A model generated the notes under the pieces. The model ran no database searches and had not been told where the DNA came from. It saw only the letters and a list, made by a program, of their open reading frames with translations. Shown piece after piece: positions 18,453 through 27,488 of a stretch of DNA of 64,000 bases. A program made the position numbers and the translations under genes. Positions within the stretch are counted from its first letter, which is position 1. Each line of letters opens with the position of its first letter. This DNA is from Escherichia phage vB_EcoM_ESCO45: sequence record OM386661.1, one strand, 5' to 3'.

Positions 18453-18655
18453 TTTCTCTTACTACCAATTTCTACGTCGATAACTTGAACATCACCAGCA
18501 ACATCAAACTTATGAATGATGCTTTCCACAGTGTAAGTCCAACCCTCAATGCGAACAAACTCACCTTCTCGTGGGACGATTGGGTTACGTTGAGCTACGG
18601 TTGTAGTGGAGTGAACAACATCATAACGATAGGTATAGTTTACTAGGACTTCCAT
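18449..18655 (-). CDS. hypothetical protein
   Basis: 68 aa ORF, coupled to ligase start. Confidence 0.3.
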   Translation of the reverse strand: MEVLVNYTYRYDVVHSTTTVAQRNPIVPREGEFVRIEGWTYTVESIIHKFDVAGDVQVIDVEIGSKRK

Positions 18656-18664
18656 CGTTTTCCC

Positions 18665-18898
18665 TTAAAAGGATAAGTCAATATTAATACGTTCGCCCTT
18701 AAGGACTCCTGTACGGTCTCTTGCAATCTTGCCGTCAACAATAAGGATATGTGCAGACCTTAAAGCGTCACCATTAAAAGTTTTTACGAACTTACTAGGC
18801 ATCACTACAATGGGCATCTCCTGAATCATCTCTTGAGTATAGCAATTGTCGTGAAGTTGCTGAATAACGTCTGCAAGTGTCATTTTTGATGTCTCCAA
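18665..18898 (-). CDS. small protein, paralog A (shared GxKIAxDxTGxLKGER motif)
   Basis: 77 aa; ...ILIVDGKIARDRTGVLKGERINIDL...; paralogous to 19086-19304 product. Confidence 0.4.
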   Translation of the reverse strand: METSKMTLADVIQQLHDNCYTQEMIQEMPIVVMPSKFVKTFNGDALRSAHILIVDGKIARDRTGVLKGERINIDLSF

Positions 18899-19089
18899 TA
18901 TTCAATATCAATAAGTTCTTGTGCAATACTTTTCAGATTACCTTTCAAGAAAACCTTCTCAGAACCTGAAAGAGATGAATTGTCAATTAACCTGTTCATT
19001 CTCTCAAACAACTTCTGTTTACGGTTCTTGATAGTCTCCTTTGAAGCACCTTTCATCATCGCTGCATGGGTTCTTCCACGGTGGCTCAT
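18880..19089 (-). CDS. hypothetical basic protein
   Basis: 69 aa Lys/Arg-rich ORF between the two paralogs. Confidence 0.3.
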   Translation of the reverse strand: MSHRGRTHAAMMKGASKETIKNRKQKLFERMNRLIDNSSLSGSEKVFLKGNLKSIAQELIDIEYWRHQK

Positions 19090-19304
19090 AGCAAATTCTC
19101 GATGCCTACACGTTCACCTTTTAAGTACCCTGTCTTGTCTTTTGCAATTTTGCCTCCAGCAATAAAGATATCTACTCTACGCAGAAATTCAGGACTTACC
19201 TTCAAATTTCTGGAACCACTGCAAAGAACAATAAACATCCCTTCAATCTCTTTTTGAGAATAACCAGCACATTGCAACTGAACTTCAATCTCTGAAAGTG
19301 TCAT
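19086..19304 (-). CDS. small protein, paralog B (shared GxKIAxDxTGxLKGER motif)
   Basis: 72 aa; ...IFIAGGKIAKDKTGYLKGERVGIENL... Confidence 0.4.
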   Translation of the reverse strand: MTLSEIEVQLQCAGYSQKEIEGMFIVLCSGSRNLKVSPEFLRRVDIFIAGGKIAKDKTGYLKGERVGIENLL

Positions 19305-19355
19305 AAGTCCTCCTATACAAGATATAGTATAAGGTACTCTTCCCTGAGCACCTTG

Positions 19356-19859
19356 TCAACTTAGTTTTGCAAACTCTCCGTGGAGTTTAATAGCAGCTTC
19401 ACAGTAAGCTTTATGGGCTTCTTCAGGTGTGTCAAATAAACCAAGTGATGTCCTTTTACCTCTGCATGTTATAGCTGCCCTCCACTTATTGCAGTCTTTA
19501 AAGTAATATACACCCTTGTAACCTGATTTGTTAGTCGTCTGCTTTACTCTGTTTTGAGCGTTTCCATATTTATCGGCCTCTCTAAGATTAGAAATGTGGT
19601 TATTACTCCTATTACCATCAATGTGGTCTATCATCTTAGTAGGTTTGTAACCATGCTCAAACCACCAAACAAGGTGATGTACTTTTATTACAACACCTTT
19701 GAATTTAAGTACCCTGTAACCATAAGCATCACTTCCTCCGGCAACCTGACCAGCTTTAGCTTGCCTATTCCTGTCATACTTGTTGTAGAAGACCCCTTTG
19801 TCGGGGTCGTAAATAAAATTATCCTTGTAATCTTGAAGTGTTAGTGTACGGCGTACCAT
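19356..19859 (-). CDS. HNH homing endonuclease with AP2-type DNA-binding domain
   Basis: 167 aa; HHLVWWFEHGYKP...IDHIDGNRSNNHISNLR (HNH) followed by YKGVYY...WRAAI...LGLFDTPEEAHKAY (AP2-like). Confidence 0.8.
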   Translation of the reverse strand: MVRRTLTLQDYKDNFIYDPDKGVFYNKYDRNRQAKAGQVAGGSDAYGYRVLKFKGVVIKVHHLVWWFEHGYKPTKMIDHIDGNRSNNHISNLREADKYGNAQNRVKQTTNKSGYKGVYYFKDCNKWRAAITCRGKRTSLGLFDTPEEAHKAYCEAAIKLHGEFAKLS

Positions 19860-22540
19860 GTCTTACCTACCTTACCAGTGCCTGTAACAAGCGTCTTACT
19901 CTTTAATCCAAGATTTTTTGATGCTTGACCATACATTCTATCAATAATCTCCTTAACATCTGGTACATCTTTTGTTGGAACCTCTAAAGAAACTTCGTCG
20001 TGGTAACTACAGACCCATCTAGCACCAATAGCTGGTTTCCTACCATTTAGGACTGTAAGTTTTCGCTCTGTTAACTCTCTGTTAGCCAAGTTAATACCCT
20101 CATTCTGCACCTGCGCCTCACTGCCCATAAGTGTGTAATTCAATAACTTATGTGGAGATTTACACCATAACCACGCTCCAGCAACTTTGATATAACCACC
20201 TTTGGCAATTGCAGAAGTTTTTCCAAAAACCTCTTCAAGTGCTTTCTTAGTTGCTTTGAAGTCCTCCTCTAGTCTATCGAGCAGCTTTTTAATCTTAGGT
20301 AGACGCACAAAGTAAGTTTGTTTAGTCAATGCACCTTCTTCCGTAGATGATGCCTTGATAGTTTTCGCGAACTTCTCATCTCCGGCTCCAAATAACAGGG
20401 CGTAGATGCCATTTTTGCTCTTCTTACGGCCTTTTGTAATCTCGTGAAGAAGTTCCTCATCCTGTGTCTCCCTACAACGAACAATATCTTCTTCTTTGTT
20501 CAGACCAAAGTAAATACTGTTCAGTGTATGTGCATCAGTCCCTGTGTAGACTTCATAGAGGTCATTTTCAGCATCATAACGCAGATACTTGTCAGTTTCT
20601 GGGTTAAGATACTTGTCAAGATGCTTACAGTAGTATCTACCATCATCTTGCTTAGTGAACTCTACTGACTCTTTACCCTCAGTTACCGCTTTAGTGAAGT
20701 CTTCATCACCCATAAAGTTACAAAGAAGAACTAGCTGGGCTGAGTTTTGGTCTACGGAGATGATATCTGTACCATCTTCACAAGTCCACACCTCCCTCAT
20801 AGGTGCTCCATAAACAGCAGCACCAGACGGTACGTTTACAATACCATATTGTGTCATACGTCCAGTTGAAGTACCAAACACCATTGCACCAGCACTAAGG
20901 CGACCATCTGGACGAATCTGGTTCAACCAACCTTTTTCATCATCCTTTGAGTTCTCAATAGTTCTGCGTCGGTGCATCAAAGTATAGTATTTAGCAATCT
21001 TCTGTCCAAGTTCACCTTCAATCGTATCATAAGATGATTCAGTAAGTTTTGGTGAAGTACGGATTAAGCAAGGCTCAAGCAAATCTGTGTATTTCTTCAC
21101 AGACCAGTTATGCTCAATGTACTGGACACCTTCATGTTCAACATAACTCAAACCACACTGCTCAACCATTTCCTGCCACTTAGGATGTTTTGTAATCATC
21201 TTTTTATTGTCTTTGAAACGACAAACTTTGACAGGGCGACCGTCTGAGTCTTTCTTGTAGTTCCAGTCATCTGGAATCCAACCAACTGATTTCAAGTAGT
21301 CTTTAACAACTGCTACCTGAGTCATACGAGAAACTTCAAACTCAATTGGTGTATACGGTGCATCAATCAAACCTGTGTAGCGACTTGACTCAAGTTCAAA
21401 GTGGTTAACAACGTGGCTGTTATAATACTTCACAGTTTTGACTGTTTTTACTGGCTTCCAGTCTTTGCACTTCTTACCAATCTTTGCATTCAACTCGTTG
21501 CAAATTGCACGAGCATCCTTCATTGCTACAAAACCTTCCTTGTACTCTTCACCAGTTACAGAGTTGGTTGGTGTATAGCAATTCCTTTTTTCAATGTTAA
21601 AAATCTTTGTAGTTGGCTTACCAAATGGTTTGATTTCGTATGTCTGCACCTCACCATTACGTACCTGCTGACGATACTTTGTCTTAGGGTACTTGGTAAT
21701 TCTTTTCAGTCCATCTGCATGACCAAATGTTTCAACATACTCATTCCAAGCTTTTGCAAACTCTTCTCCAGTGACTTTACCTTTGGTCTTAATAGTTGGA
21801 GGAAGATGTGGTTCAACTTCTGAAGCAAGCTCATTAGTCAACTTGTCAAGTTCCTTTACATGGAACTCCATAAGCTCTTTATCAGCTTTCCAGCCATTGA
21901 TAGCTTGTTGACTCATCCAGAAAGATGTTTCTTTAGCTCGCATGTAGGTTTCATAAGTGTCTATGCCACACTTCTTAAGCTTGAGATACTCGTTATCAAG
22001 TGCCCGTTTAGTTTTGGCGTTAATACGGATATCATCTACAACACGAGTGAAGATTTCTGCATTCCACACACCCCAATGCTCAATCTCTGGCTTACGAACA
22101 CCAACACGAGCACCCCATGCAGCCAAACCATGAGCACCTTTATAACCCTTTGGAGTTGGCCTATCCATCCACTGAACACGAGACTGGATAAGAGAATCCT
22201 GAAAGAAATTACTCCACGGCTTACATTTTGGATTATCAAAGTTCCATAAATCAGGTGCAATGTGATTGAAAACCCACCAGTCATAACCGAGACCATTATG
22301 GATGCAAAGACGTTTCGCCTTTAACGCAAACTCAACACCTTCACGTAAACCACCTTTAAGGTACTTAGTGTACTTGTGACCGAGGATAGGCTCATCTGTA
22401 AAGACCCATACAGGTGGCTCTTCATCGTCAGATTTATAGTCTGCGAAAGCCATTACGTGCACTTTAGTGAACTCAAGGAGCAAACCATCAGTTTCTGTAT
22501 CGCCAACTAAATGTAAGTTTTTAAAATCTACGTTTTCCAT
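19841..22540 (-). CDS. DNA polymerase, family A, with 3'-5' exonuclease domain
   Basis: Exo I motif VGDTETDG near N-terminus; C-terminal motif C YHDE and ...GKTWYAVH terminus; start set at Met11 (22540) which has RBS GAGGGAG; longest ORF starts 22570. Confidence 0.85.
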   Translation of the reverse strand: MENVDFKNLHLVGDTETDGLLLEFTKVHVMAFADYKSDDEEPPVWVFTDEPILGHKYTKYLKGGLREGVEFALKAKRLCIHNGLGYDWWVFNHIAPDLWNFDNPKCKPWSNFFQDSLIQSRVQWMDRPTPKGYKGAHGLAAWGARVGVRKPEIEHWGVWNAEIFTRVVDDIRINAKTKRALDNEYLKLKKCGIDTYETYMRAKETSFWMSQQAINGWKADKELMEFHVKELDKLTNELASEVEPHLPPTIKTKGKVTGEEFAKAWNEYVETFGHADGLKRITKYPKTKYRQQVRNGEVQTYEIKPFGKPTTKIFNIEKRNCYTPTNSVTGEEYKEGFVAMKDARAICNELNAKIGKKCKDWKPVKTVKTVKYYNSHVVNHFELESSRYTGLIDAPYTPIEFEVSRMTQVAVVKDYLKSVGWIPDDWNYKKDSDGRPVKVCRFKDNKKMITKHPKWQEMVEQCGLSYVEHEGVQYIEHNWSVKKYTDLLEPCLIRTSPKLTESSYDTIEGELGQKIAKYYTLMHRRRTIENSKDDEKGWLNQIRPDGRLSAGAMVFGTSTGRMTQYGIVNVPSGAAVYGAPMREVWTCEDGTDIISVDQNSAQLVLLCNFMGDEDFTKAVTEGKESVEFTKQDDGRYYCKHLDKYLNPETDKYLRYDAENDLYEVYTGTDAHTLNSIYFGLNKEEDIVRCRETQDEELLHEITKGRKKSKNGIYALLFGAGDEKFAKTIKASSTEEGALTKQTYFVRLPKIKKLLDRLEEDFKATKKALEEVFGKTSAIAKGGYIKVAGAWLWCKSPHKLLNYTLMGSEAQVQNEGINLANRELTERKLTVLNGRKPAIGARWVCSYHDEVSLEVPTKDVPDVKEIIDRMYGQASKNLGLKSKTLVTGTGKVGKTWYAVH

Positions 22541-22600
22541 TTTTACTCCCTCTACAATCATTAACCTCATACATTACTGCAAAAAATTATAAAAAGCAAG

Positions 22601-22629
22601 TTGACAATGTACTTGACAAGGTGTTAATC
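22601..22629 (+). promoter_or_regulatory. candidate sigma70-like promoter in divergent control region
   Basis: Tandem TTGACA boxes (22601, 22614); TTGACA-N17-TTAATC; weak -10. Confidence 0.3.
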
Positions 22630-22797
22630 TTTGCGAAGTGGGTTTTTACTTAAAAGGTTACTTAACAGTTTAACTATACAGATACTTTAAAACTCTTAAA
22701 AGATTATTTAATAGCTTTTAAAAAGCTTTAAAGTATAACGTATAGAATACGTTAAGATAAAAGATTAAAACTTAATAGTTACTTAAAAGAGGCTTAC

Positions 22798-23220
22798 ATG
22801 CAGAAAATGTTTGTTCACCCAGACATAGCTGACTTTGTTAGAGCTTTGCAGAAGTTGGAAGAACTTGACATTGCTGCTCAACGGGAATATGCTCACCATC
22901 ACAGGAGAATGGTTGATATACAACATGAAATAGAGTTGTCTGAAAACTATGAAGATGACTTAAAATGCTCTGTATTTGAGCATATGAAAGATGTTGCTAC
23001 AGCGAGACGTAAAGCTAAAGACACAGTTGCTTTACTAGATTCTCTTAAAAAGAGGTTGCAAAGTGGTACAGACCTGTGTAATCTAGCGTCACTGATTAAT
23101 GATGTTGAAACTTCTTGGGATAGGCACTATTATCCACGTTCTGAAAAGACACTTGACTTTTCTTCATCCGAAAACTTAAAATGTTCTAGAAAGAAACTTA
23201 ACCAACTGAGAGAGAAATAA
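22798..23220 (+). CDS. hypothetical protein
   Basis: 140 aa ORF, first gene of + strand block after AT-rich divergent control region. Confidence 0.4.
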   Translation: MQKMFVHPDIADFVRALQKLEELDIAAQREYAHHHRRMVDIQHEIELSENYEDDLKCSVFEHMKDVATARRKAKDTVALLDSLKKRLQSGTDLCNLASLINDVETSWDRHYYPRSEKTLDFSSSENLKCSRKKLNQLREK

Positions 23221-23221
23221 T

Positions 23222-24022
23222 ATGAATATCAATGTAGAAAAGATGCTTGAAGAAAAGGGTATTGACGAAGCGTTCTTAATCAATGCCGTAGAAAGTATGG
23301 CTATGATTCTTCGTGGGAACAACTACACAGAACAGTTTATGCCTGCAAGCTACAATCTGCCTAAAGACAAGTCTGATAACGATGCTTTTGCAGAACAGGT
23401 TAACATGATGTTGACAGACACTACACTTGCTCTGGCATCTATTGCGGTTGGTGTTGATGCACTTGCTGAGTTCATTTTTTATGAAATGCAAAAGAATGAC
23501 TATATCAGGATGTCAGACGAAGATAAGGAACTGCTGCTGACTAAGGACACTGATTTCATTATTGATACGCTTATCTCATCAACGAGTGCTGTTATGGCTG
23601 TTCTTGAGAAGCGTATGGAAGAAAAGCTGTCACGATATGAAAAGCTTGATTGGGGTGTAGAAGAACTAAACCCACGAATCAAAGAGATTATCCAGCAAAC
23701 CAAAGAGTCTTTGGAAGAAGCTGTGGAGAATGACTTTGTAGCTGATATAGAGCCGCTTCAGGTGAAAGTTGCACTGATGATTCCAGCTATCTCTACAATG
23801 ATGAATATCGTTGCACTAATCCAACTTTCACAGGTGATGGGTGTGAGTATGGAGTTCATTGAGGAGATGACTGGTGGTGTTAGTATGCAAGCAATCAATG
23901 ATGTTTTGGTGAACATTGGTGCTTCAATCATTGAAGAGAAACTACGCATTAACTTCGGTGATGATTTTGTGAAGCAACTCTCAGCTATGGCTGAAAAAGA
24001 GTCTGCTGAGCAACTGCACTAA
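23222..24022 (+). CDS. hypothetical protein
   Basis: 266 aa acidic ORF; terminator-like hairpin at 24041-24066. Confidence 0.4.
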   Translation: MNINVEKMLEEKGIDEAFLINAVESMAMILRGNNYTEQFMPASYNLPKDKSDNDAFAEQVNMMLTDTTLALASIAVGVDALAEFIFYEMQKNDYIRMSDEDKELLLTKDTDFIIDTLISSTSAVMAVLEKRMEEKLSRYEKLDWGVEELNPRIKEIIQQTKESLEEAVENDFVADIEPLQVKVALMIPAISTMMNIVALIQLSQVMGVSMEFIEEMTGGVSMQAINDVLVNIGASIIEEKLRINFGDDFVKQLSAMAEKESAEQLH

Positions 24023-24040
24023 GTCTTTATAAATCTTACA

Positions 24041-24066
24041 AGCCTCCTTAGTTGGGGGCTTTTTAG
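24041..24066 (+). terminator. rho-independent terminator
   Basis: AGCCTCC-loop-GGGGGCT followed by TTTTT. Confidence 0.45.
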
Positions 24067-24083
24067 TAATTAAGGGAGATAAA

Positions 24084-24827
24084 ATGAGTAAAATCATTGC
24101 ATTTACTGGAAAGGCACGTTCTGGAAAAGACACCTCATGTTCTATTGTGAAGAACACCTTAGAGGATGAGTATGGCTACAATGTTGAAGTAATGGCCTTT
24201 GCAGACAACCTTAAACTATCTGCATCAAAGATATTTGACTTGACTTGGAATGACCTGTACGGTGAAACTAAAGAGACTCCACAGGTATTTGACTTATCAT
24301 ATCCTGAACTGATGTTTAAAGTTACGGAAGCTATGGAGTTTACCTTCAAAGGTGAACGTTATCACACGGACTTTAAACTTGTGTCGGAATTGACAGGACG
24401 CTTAATCATGGAGCTTAAGAAGGTTGCTAAACCGACTCTATTGACACGTCTGGGGTTTAGCAAAAAGTATAAATTCTCATCAAGACAAATTCAACAGATT
24501 TGGGGCACTGAAGTTATCCGTAAAGTTATGGGTGACAAGTTCTGGGCTAAAGACCTTGAAAAACGAATGGCTCGCTTCTTTGAATCTTGTTCACTTAGAA
24601 ATCAAGAAGGTGTTGTTTTAATCAGTGATTTAAGATTTGACTCTGAAGCTGAGTGGCTGAGTAGATTTGCACACCAAACTATTGAAGTAAAAAGAGACAA
24701 TGTGGGCAAAGTTTCATCACATGTTTCAGAAAATGGCATTTCTACAAAATATGAGCGTGACATTATTCATAATAATGGTACTATTGAAGACCTTGAGAGC
24801 AAGCTAAGAGCTATCCTGAAGATTTAA
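24084..24827 (+). CDS. deoxynucleoside monophosphate kinase
   Basis: 247 aa; N-terminal IIAFTGKARSGKDT P-loop as in T4 gp1 dNMP kinase (FLSGVKRSGKDT); RBS AGGGAG. Confidence 0.65.
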   Translation: MSKIIAFTGKARSGKDTSCSIVKNTLEDEYGYNVEVMAFADNLKLSASKIFDLTWNDLYGETKETPQVFDLSYPELMFKVTEAMEFTFKGERYHTDFKLVSELTGRLIMELKKVAKPTLLTRLGFSKKYKFSSRQIQQIWGTEVIRKVMGDKFWAKDLEKRMARFFESCSLRNQEGVVLISDLRFDSEAEWLSRFAHQTIEVKRDNVGKVSSHVSENGISTKYERDIIHNNGTIEDLESKLRAILKI

Positions 24828-24835
24828 AAGAGAGA

Positions 24836-25036
24836 ATGAAGATGAGAGTAAAAGACAATTTTAAAGTGATTGACCACCGTTTAGTGGAACTCTCATCTCT
24901 TTCCAATGAGGTAATGATTGAACGTCTTAAGAGAGTTGAATCACGAAGGAAAGAGATTGCAGATGAAATTCATGAACTGGACAAGATTGAAAATGGACTG
25001 AAGGTAGAACTACAACGAAGAGGTGCTAATGTCTAA
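24836..25036 (+). CDS. hypothetical small coiled-coil protein
   Basis: 66 aa ORF. Confidence 0.3.
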   Translation: MKMRVKDNFKVIDHRLVELSSLSNEVMIERLKRVESRRKEIADEIHELDKIENGLKVELQRRGANV

Positions 25037-27014
25037 AGGTCGTAAATTGAAAGAGGCTGGTCAGTTTATTGGTCATTGTGCATGTCCACGTTGTGGTTCA
25101 TCAGATGCTGGTTCAATCTATCATCATGATGATGATTCTTATTCGATGACTTGCTTTAGTTGTAACAAAGGTTTCCCAGAGTGGGATTTTGATAAAGGAC
25201 AAATCGTGAGCGCTTATTCTACTGGTTCAGACAATAAAAACCGTACTTTCCGTGGGATGGATTTAGACGATGTGAAAGAAAACCTTGAAGCAATGGACTT
25301 AAAGGACAGGAAGATTCCTGCAAAAGTCCTTGAACGCTTAGGTATCAAGGTTGACATTGACAGTGACGGTGAAATTGATGCGCACTTCTATCCGACTTAC
25401 AAACGTAATGAAGATGGCAAGCTAGAGCATGTTGGCTACCGTGTTCGTCACCGTTACCCAGAAGACCATCCAAAAGAGCACCTACGTGGTAAGTTAAAAG
25501 ACTTTTCAGGTGGTGTTGGAGACATTAAAGGTGAACTGGCAATGTTCGGTTCATGGATTGCTCCAGAAGGCGGTAACCGTCTATTCATCTGGGAAGGTGA
25601 GATGGAATGTGCGACAGCAATCTATATGACTTCTTTGGCGATTAAAGATAAGTCTCGTCGTAAGAATTACTGTCACGTATCTGTTCCATCAGGTGCAAAC
25701 ATTAAGTCTATCAAAGACAACTACCAGTACATCACATCATTTGATGAGATTTACTTGTGCTTTGATAACGATGAAGCAGGTGCTAAAGCCACTAAAGAGG
25801 CTGCTGGTATCCTACCCATTGAGAAGGTTCGTTTATTCCAGTATCCAGAAGGTGTAAAAGACCTTAACGAGTGGTGGACAAAGTTCTATAAAGAGAAAGA
25901 TACAGTTCTGGAAGGATTTAAGCAGCGTATCTACAATGCACCTCGTTACTGCCCTGCTGGTATCAAGAACTTCGCAGATGGTTTTGAGGCAATGAAGAAT
26001 CGTGGTCAGATTCCATTGATTCCTTTCCCAGAATCTTTCGGAGATTTGAACAGGCTGACTTATGGCGGTTATGGTTTAGGTGAGATTACAACTCTGGCAG
26101 CACCATCTTCAGTGGGTAAATCTGCATACACTCGTGAAATGATTTATACTGCTTGGAAAGATACCGATTACAACATTGGTGTAATTCCTGTAGAAGATAC
26201 CTATGAAGAGTTGATGGAGATGCTCTGTGCAATCCACCTGAGCAAGCAGATTTCTGAGATTCCTTATGACGAACGTGATTGGGATGAATTGAAGGAGGCA
26301 CACGCAGAACTGTCTAAAGGTCGTCGTATCCACATCGTTGACCATCAAGGGGCAATTGACCAAGATAACTTGCTGGAATTTGTTGACTATCTTGTTAACA
26401 GTTTAGACTGTAAGATTATTATTCTTGACCCTATTACGTTGGCTCTGTCACGTTCAGATACGGATGAAGAGGAAGTTTTGTCTGAGCTATTGCGTCGTTG
26501 CAAACGCTACCAGTATGCACAGGTAAACGTCTGTCACGTTCGTAAGAGTGCAGGTGGTCAGAAGGCTAACTCTGAAGGTGGAGATATCTCTGAAGAGGAT
26601 ATTAAAGGCTCTGGTGCGTATTTCCAGATTTCTATGAACAACATTCTGTTAATGCGTAACAAGGTTGACCCAGACCCTGTTAAGAAAAACTTGACAAAAA
26701 TCAAGTTAACTAAATGTCGTCGTCACGGTAAGTCAACGGGTATTGCTGGTCATACTTGGTACAATCCAGATACAGGGCGTCTTATCAAAGCATCTGGTTG
26801 CGGAGTTGACATTGACGGTGCAGCAGAAAATATTCGCCAACAGTTTGGCATTGGTGAAGCTGAAGACCATTACGATGACTCTTTGCCACATTATGAGGAT
26901 GAAGTGTTTGACCGTGATACTGGTGAAGTCTATACTGAAGAGCAGCGTCAAAGCTCAACGATTCCACCTGTATTAAGTGAGGATGCAGATGACTGCCCGT
27001 TCGAAACTGAGTGA
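25029..27014 (+). CDS. bifunctional DNA primase-helicase (T7 gp4-like)
   Basis: N-terminal Zn finger CACPRCG...CFSCNKG, TOPRIM-like FDNDEAGAKA, helicase Walker A APSSVGKSAYT and Walker B IIILDP; ATG 25029 preferred over GTG 25023. Confidence 0.8.
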   Translation: MSKGRKLKEAGQFIGHCACPRCGSSDAGSIYHHDDDSYSMTCFSCNKGFPEWDFDKGQIVSAYSTGSDNKNRTFRGMDLDDVKENLEAMDLKDRKIPAKVLERLGIKVDIDSDGEIDAHFYPTYKRNEDGKLEHVGYRVRHRYPEDHPKEHLRGKLKDFSGGVGDIKGELAMFGSWIAPEGGNRLFIWEGEMECATAIYMTSLAIKDKSRRKNYCHVSVPSGANIKSIKDNYQYITSFDEIYLCFDNDEAGAKATKEAAGILPIEKVRLFQYPEGVKDLNEWWTKFYKEKDTVLEGFKQRIYNAPRYCPAGIKNFADGFEAMKNRGQIPLIPFPESFGDLNRLTYGGYGLGEITTLAAPSSVGKSAYTREMIYTAWKDTDYNIGVIPVEDTYEELMEMLCAIHLSKQISEIPYDERDWDELKEAHAELSKGRRIHIVDHQGAIDQDNLLEFVDYLVNSLDCKIIILDPITLALSRSDTDEEEVLSELLRRCKRYQYAQVNVCHVRKSAGGQKANSEGGDISEEDIKGSGAYFQISMNNILLMRNKVDPDPVKKNLTKIKLTKCRRHGKSTGIAGHTWYNPDTGRLIKASGCGVDIDGAAENIRQQFGIGEAEDHYDDSLPHYEDEVFDRDTGEVYTEEQRQSSTIPPVLSEDADDCPFETE

Positions 27015-27084
27015 TAGTTATAAAAGAGAGGGGTTCACACCCTTCTTTGAAGAAAAAAGTTTAAATAAATTTCAGGAAGAGTGT

Positions 27085-27113
27085 TTGACAAAGCTTGATA
27101 GGTTCTATAGAAT
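27085..27113 (+). promoter_or_regulatory. sigma70-like promoter
   Basis: TTGACA-N17-TAGAAT. Confidence 0.55.
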
Positions 27114-27266
27114 GCTCCTCATGAAATGCGATGGGGAAGTTGAGGTAAAAGAAGATTTCCACCAAAGCATGATTACAGTCATTATTTCACTGCATCAGCA
27201 TAACATTAGCTGGCTGTTTATAATGAAAGAAAACGTGTTTGAATATCAAGTATATCGGAGAATATC

Positions 27267-27416
27267 ATGAAACACTCTAAAGCATTTGAAAAAGTTTTTG
27301 GGGATTCCTTAAAAGCCACTGCTGGAAAACCAGCAAAATACTATGAAGAAAAACGTGTAAGAACTGGAAAAACTGCACGTAAAGCAGCTTCTAAAGATAA
27401 GCACAACTTCCAGTAA
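27267..27416 (+). CDS. possible small basic protein (49 aa)
   Basis: Short ORF with RBS GGAG 8 nt upstream, between two consensus-like promoters; below ORF-track size cutoff. Confidence 0.2.
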   Translation: MKHSKAFEKVFGDSLKATAGKPAKYYEEKRVRTGKTARKAASKDKHNFQ

Positions 27417-27423
27417 TTAGTAT

Positions 27424-27452
27424 TTGACAATAGAGTATCAACAAACTAGAAT
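27424..27452 (+). promoter_or_regulatory. sigma70-like promoter upstream of SSB gene
   Basis: TTGACA-N17-TAGAAT, 37 nt upstream of ATG 27489. Confidence 0.6.
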
Positions 27453-27488
27453 TGGTACTCTTCATAAATTGAGATAGAGGTTTAAATA

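Noticed and set aside
19841-22570. Antisense and embedded ORFs inside large well-supported genes (e.g. 20444-20668, 21401-21823, 21860-22249, 22036-22296, 6876-7403, 13231-13647, 26086-26363, 37105-37395)
   Set aside because: They are fully contained within genes that have strong motif support on the other strand or frame, have no RBS, and show low-complexity compositions typical of shadow ORFs.
26977-27270. ORF 26977-27270 as a 97-aa gene
   Set aside because: It starts inside the helicase C-terminal coding region in another frame and contains a consensus-like promoter (27085-27113) in its middle; at most a short 3' part could be translated.
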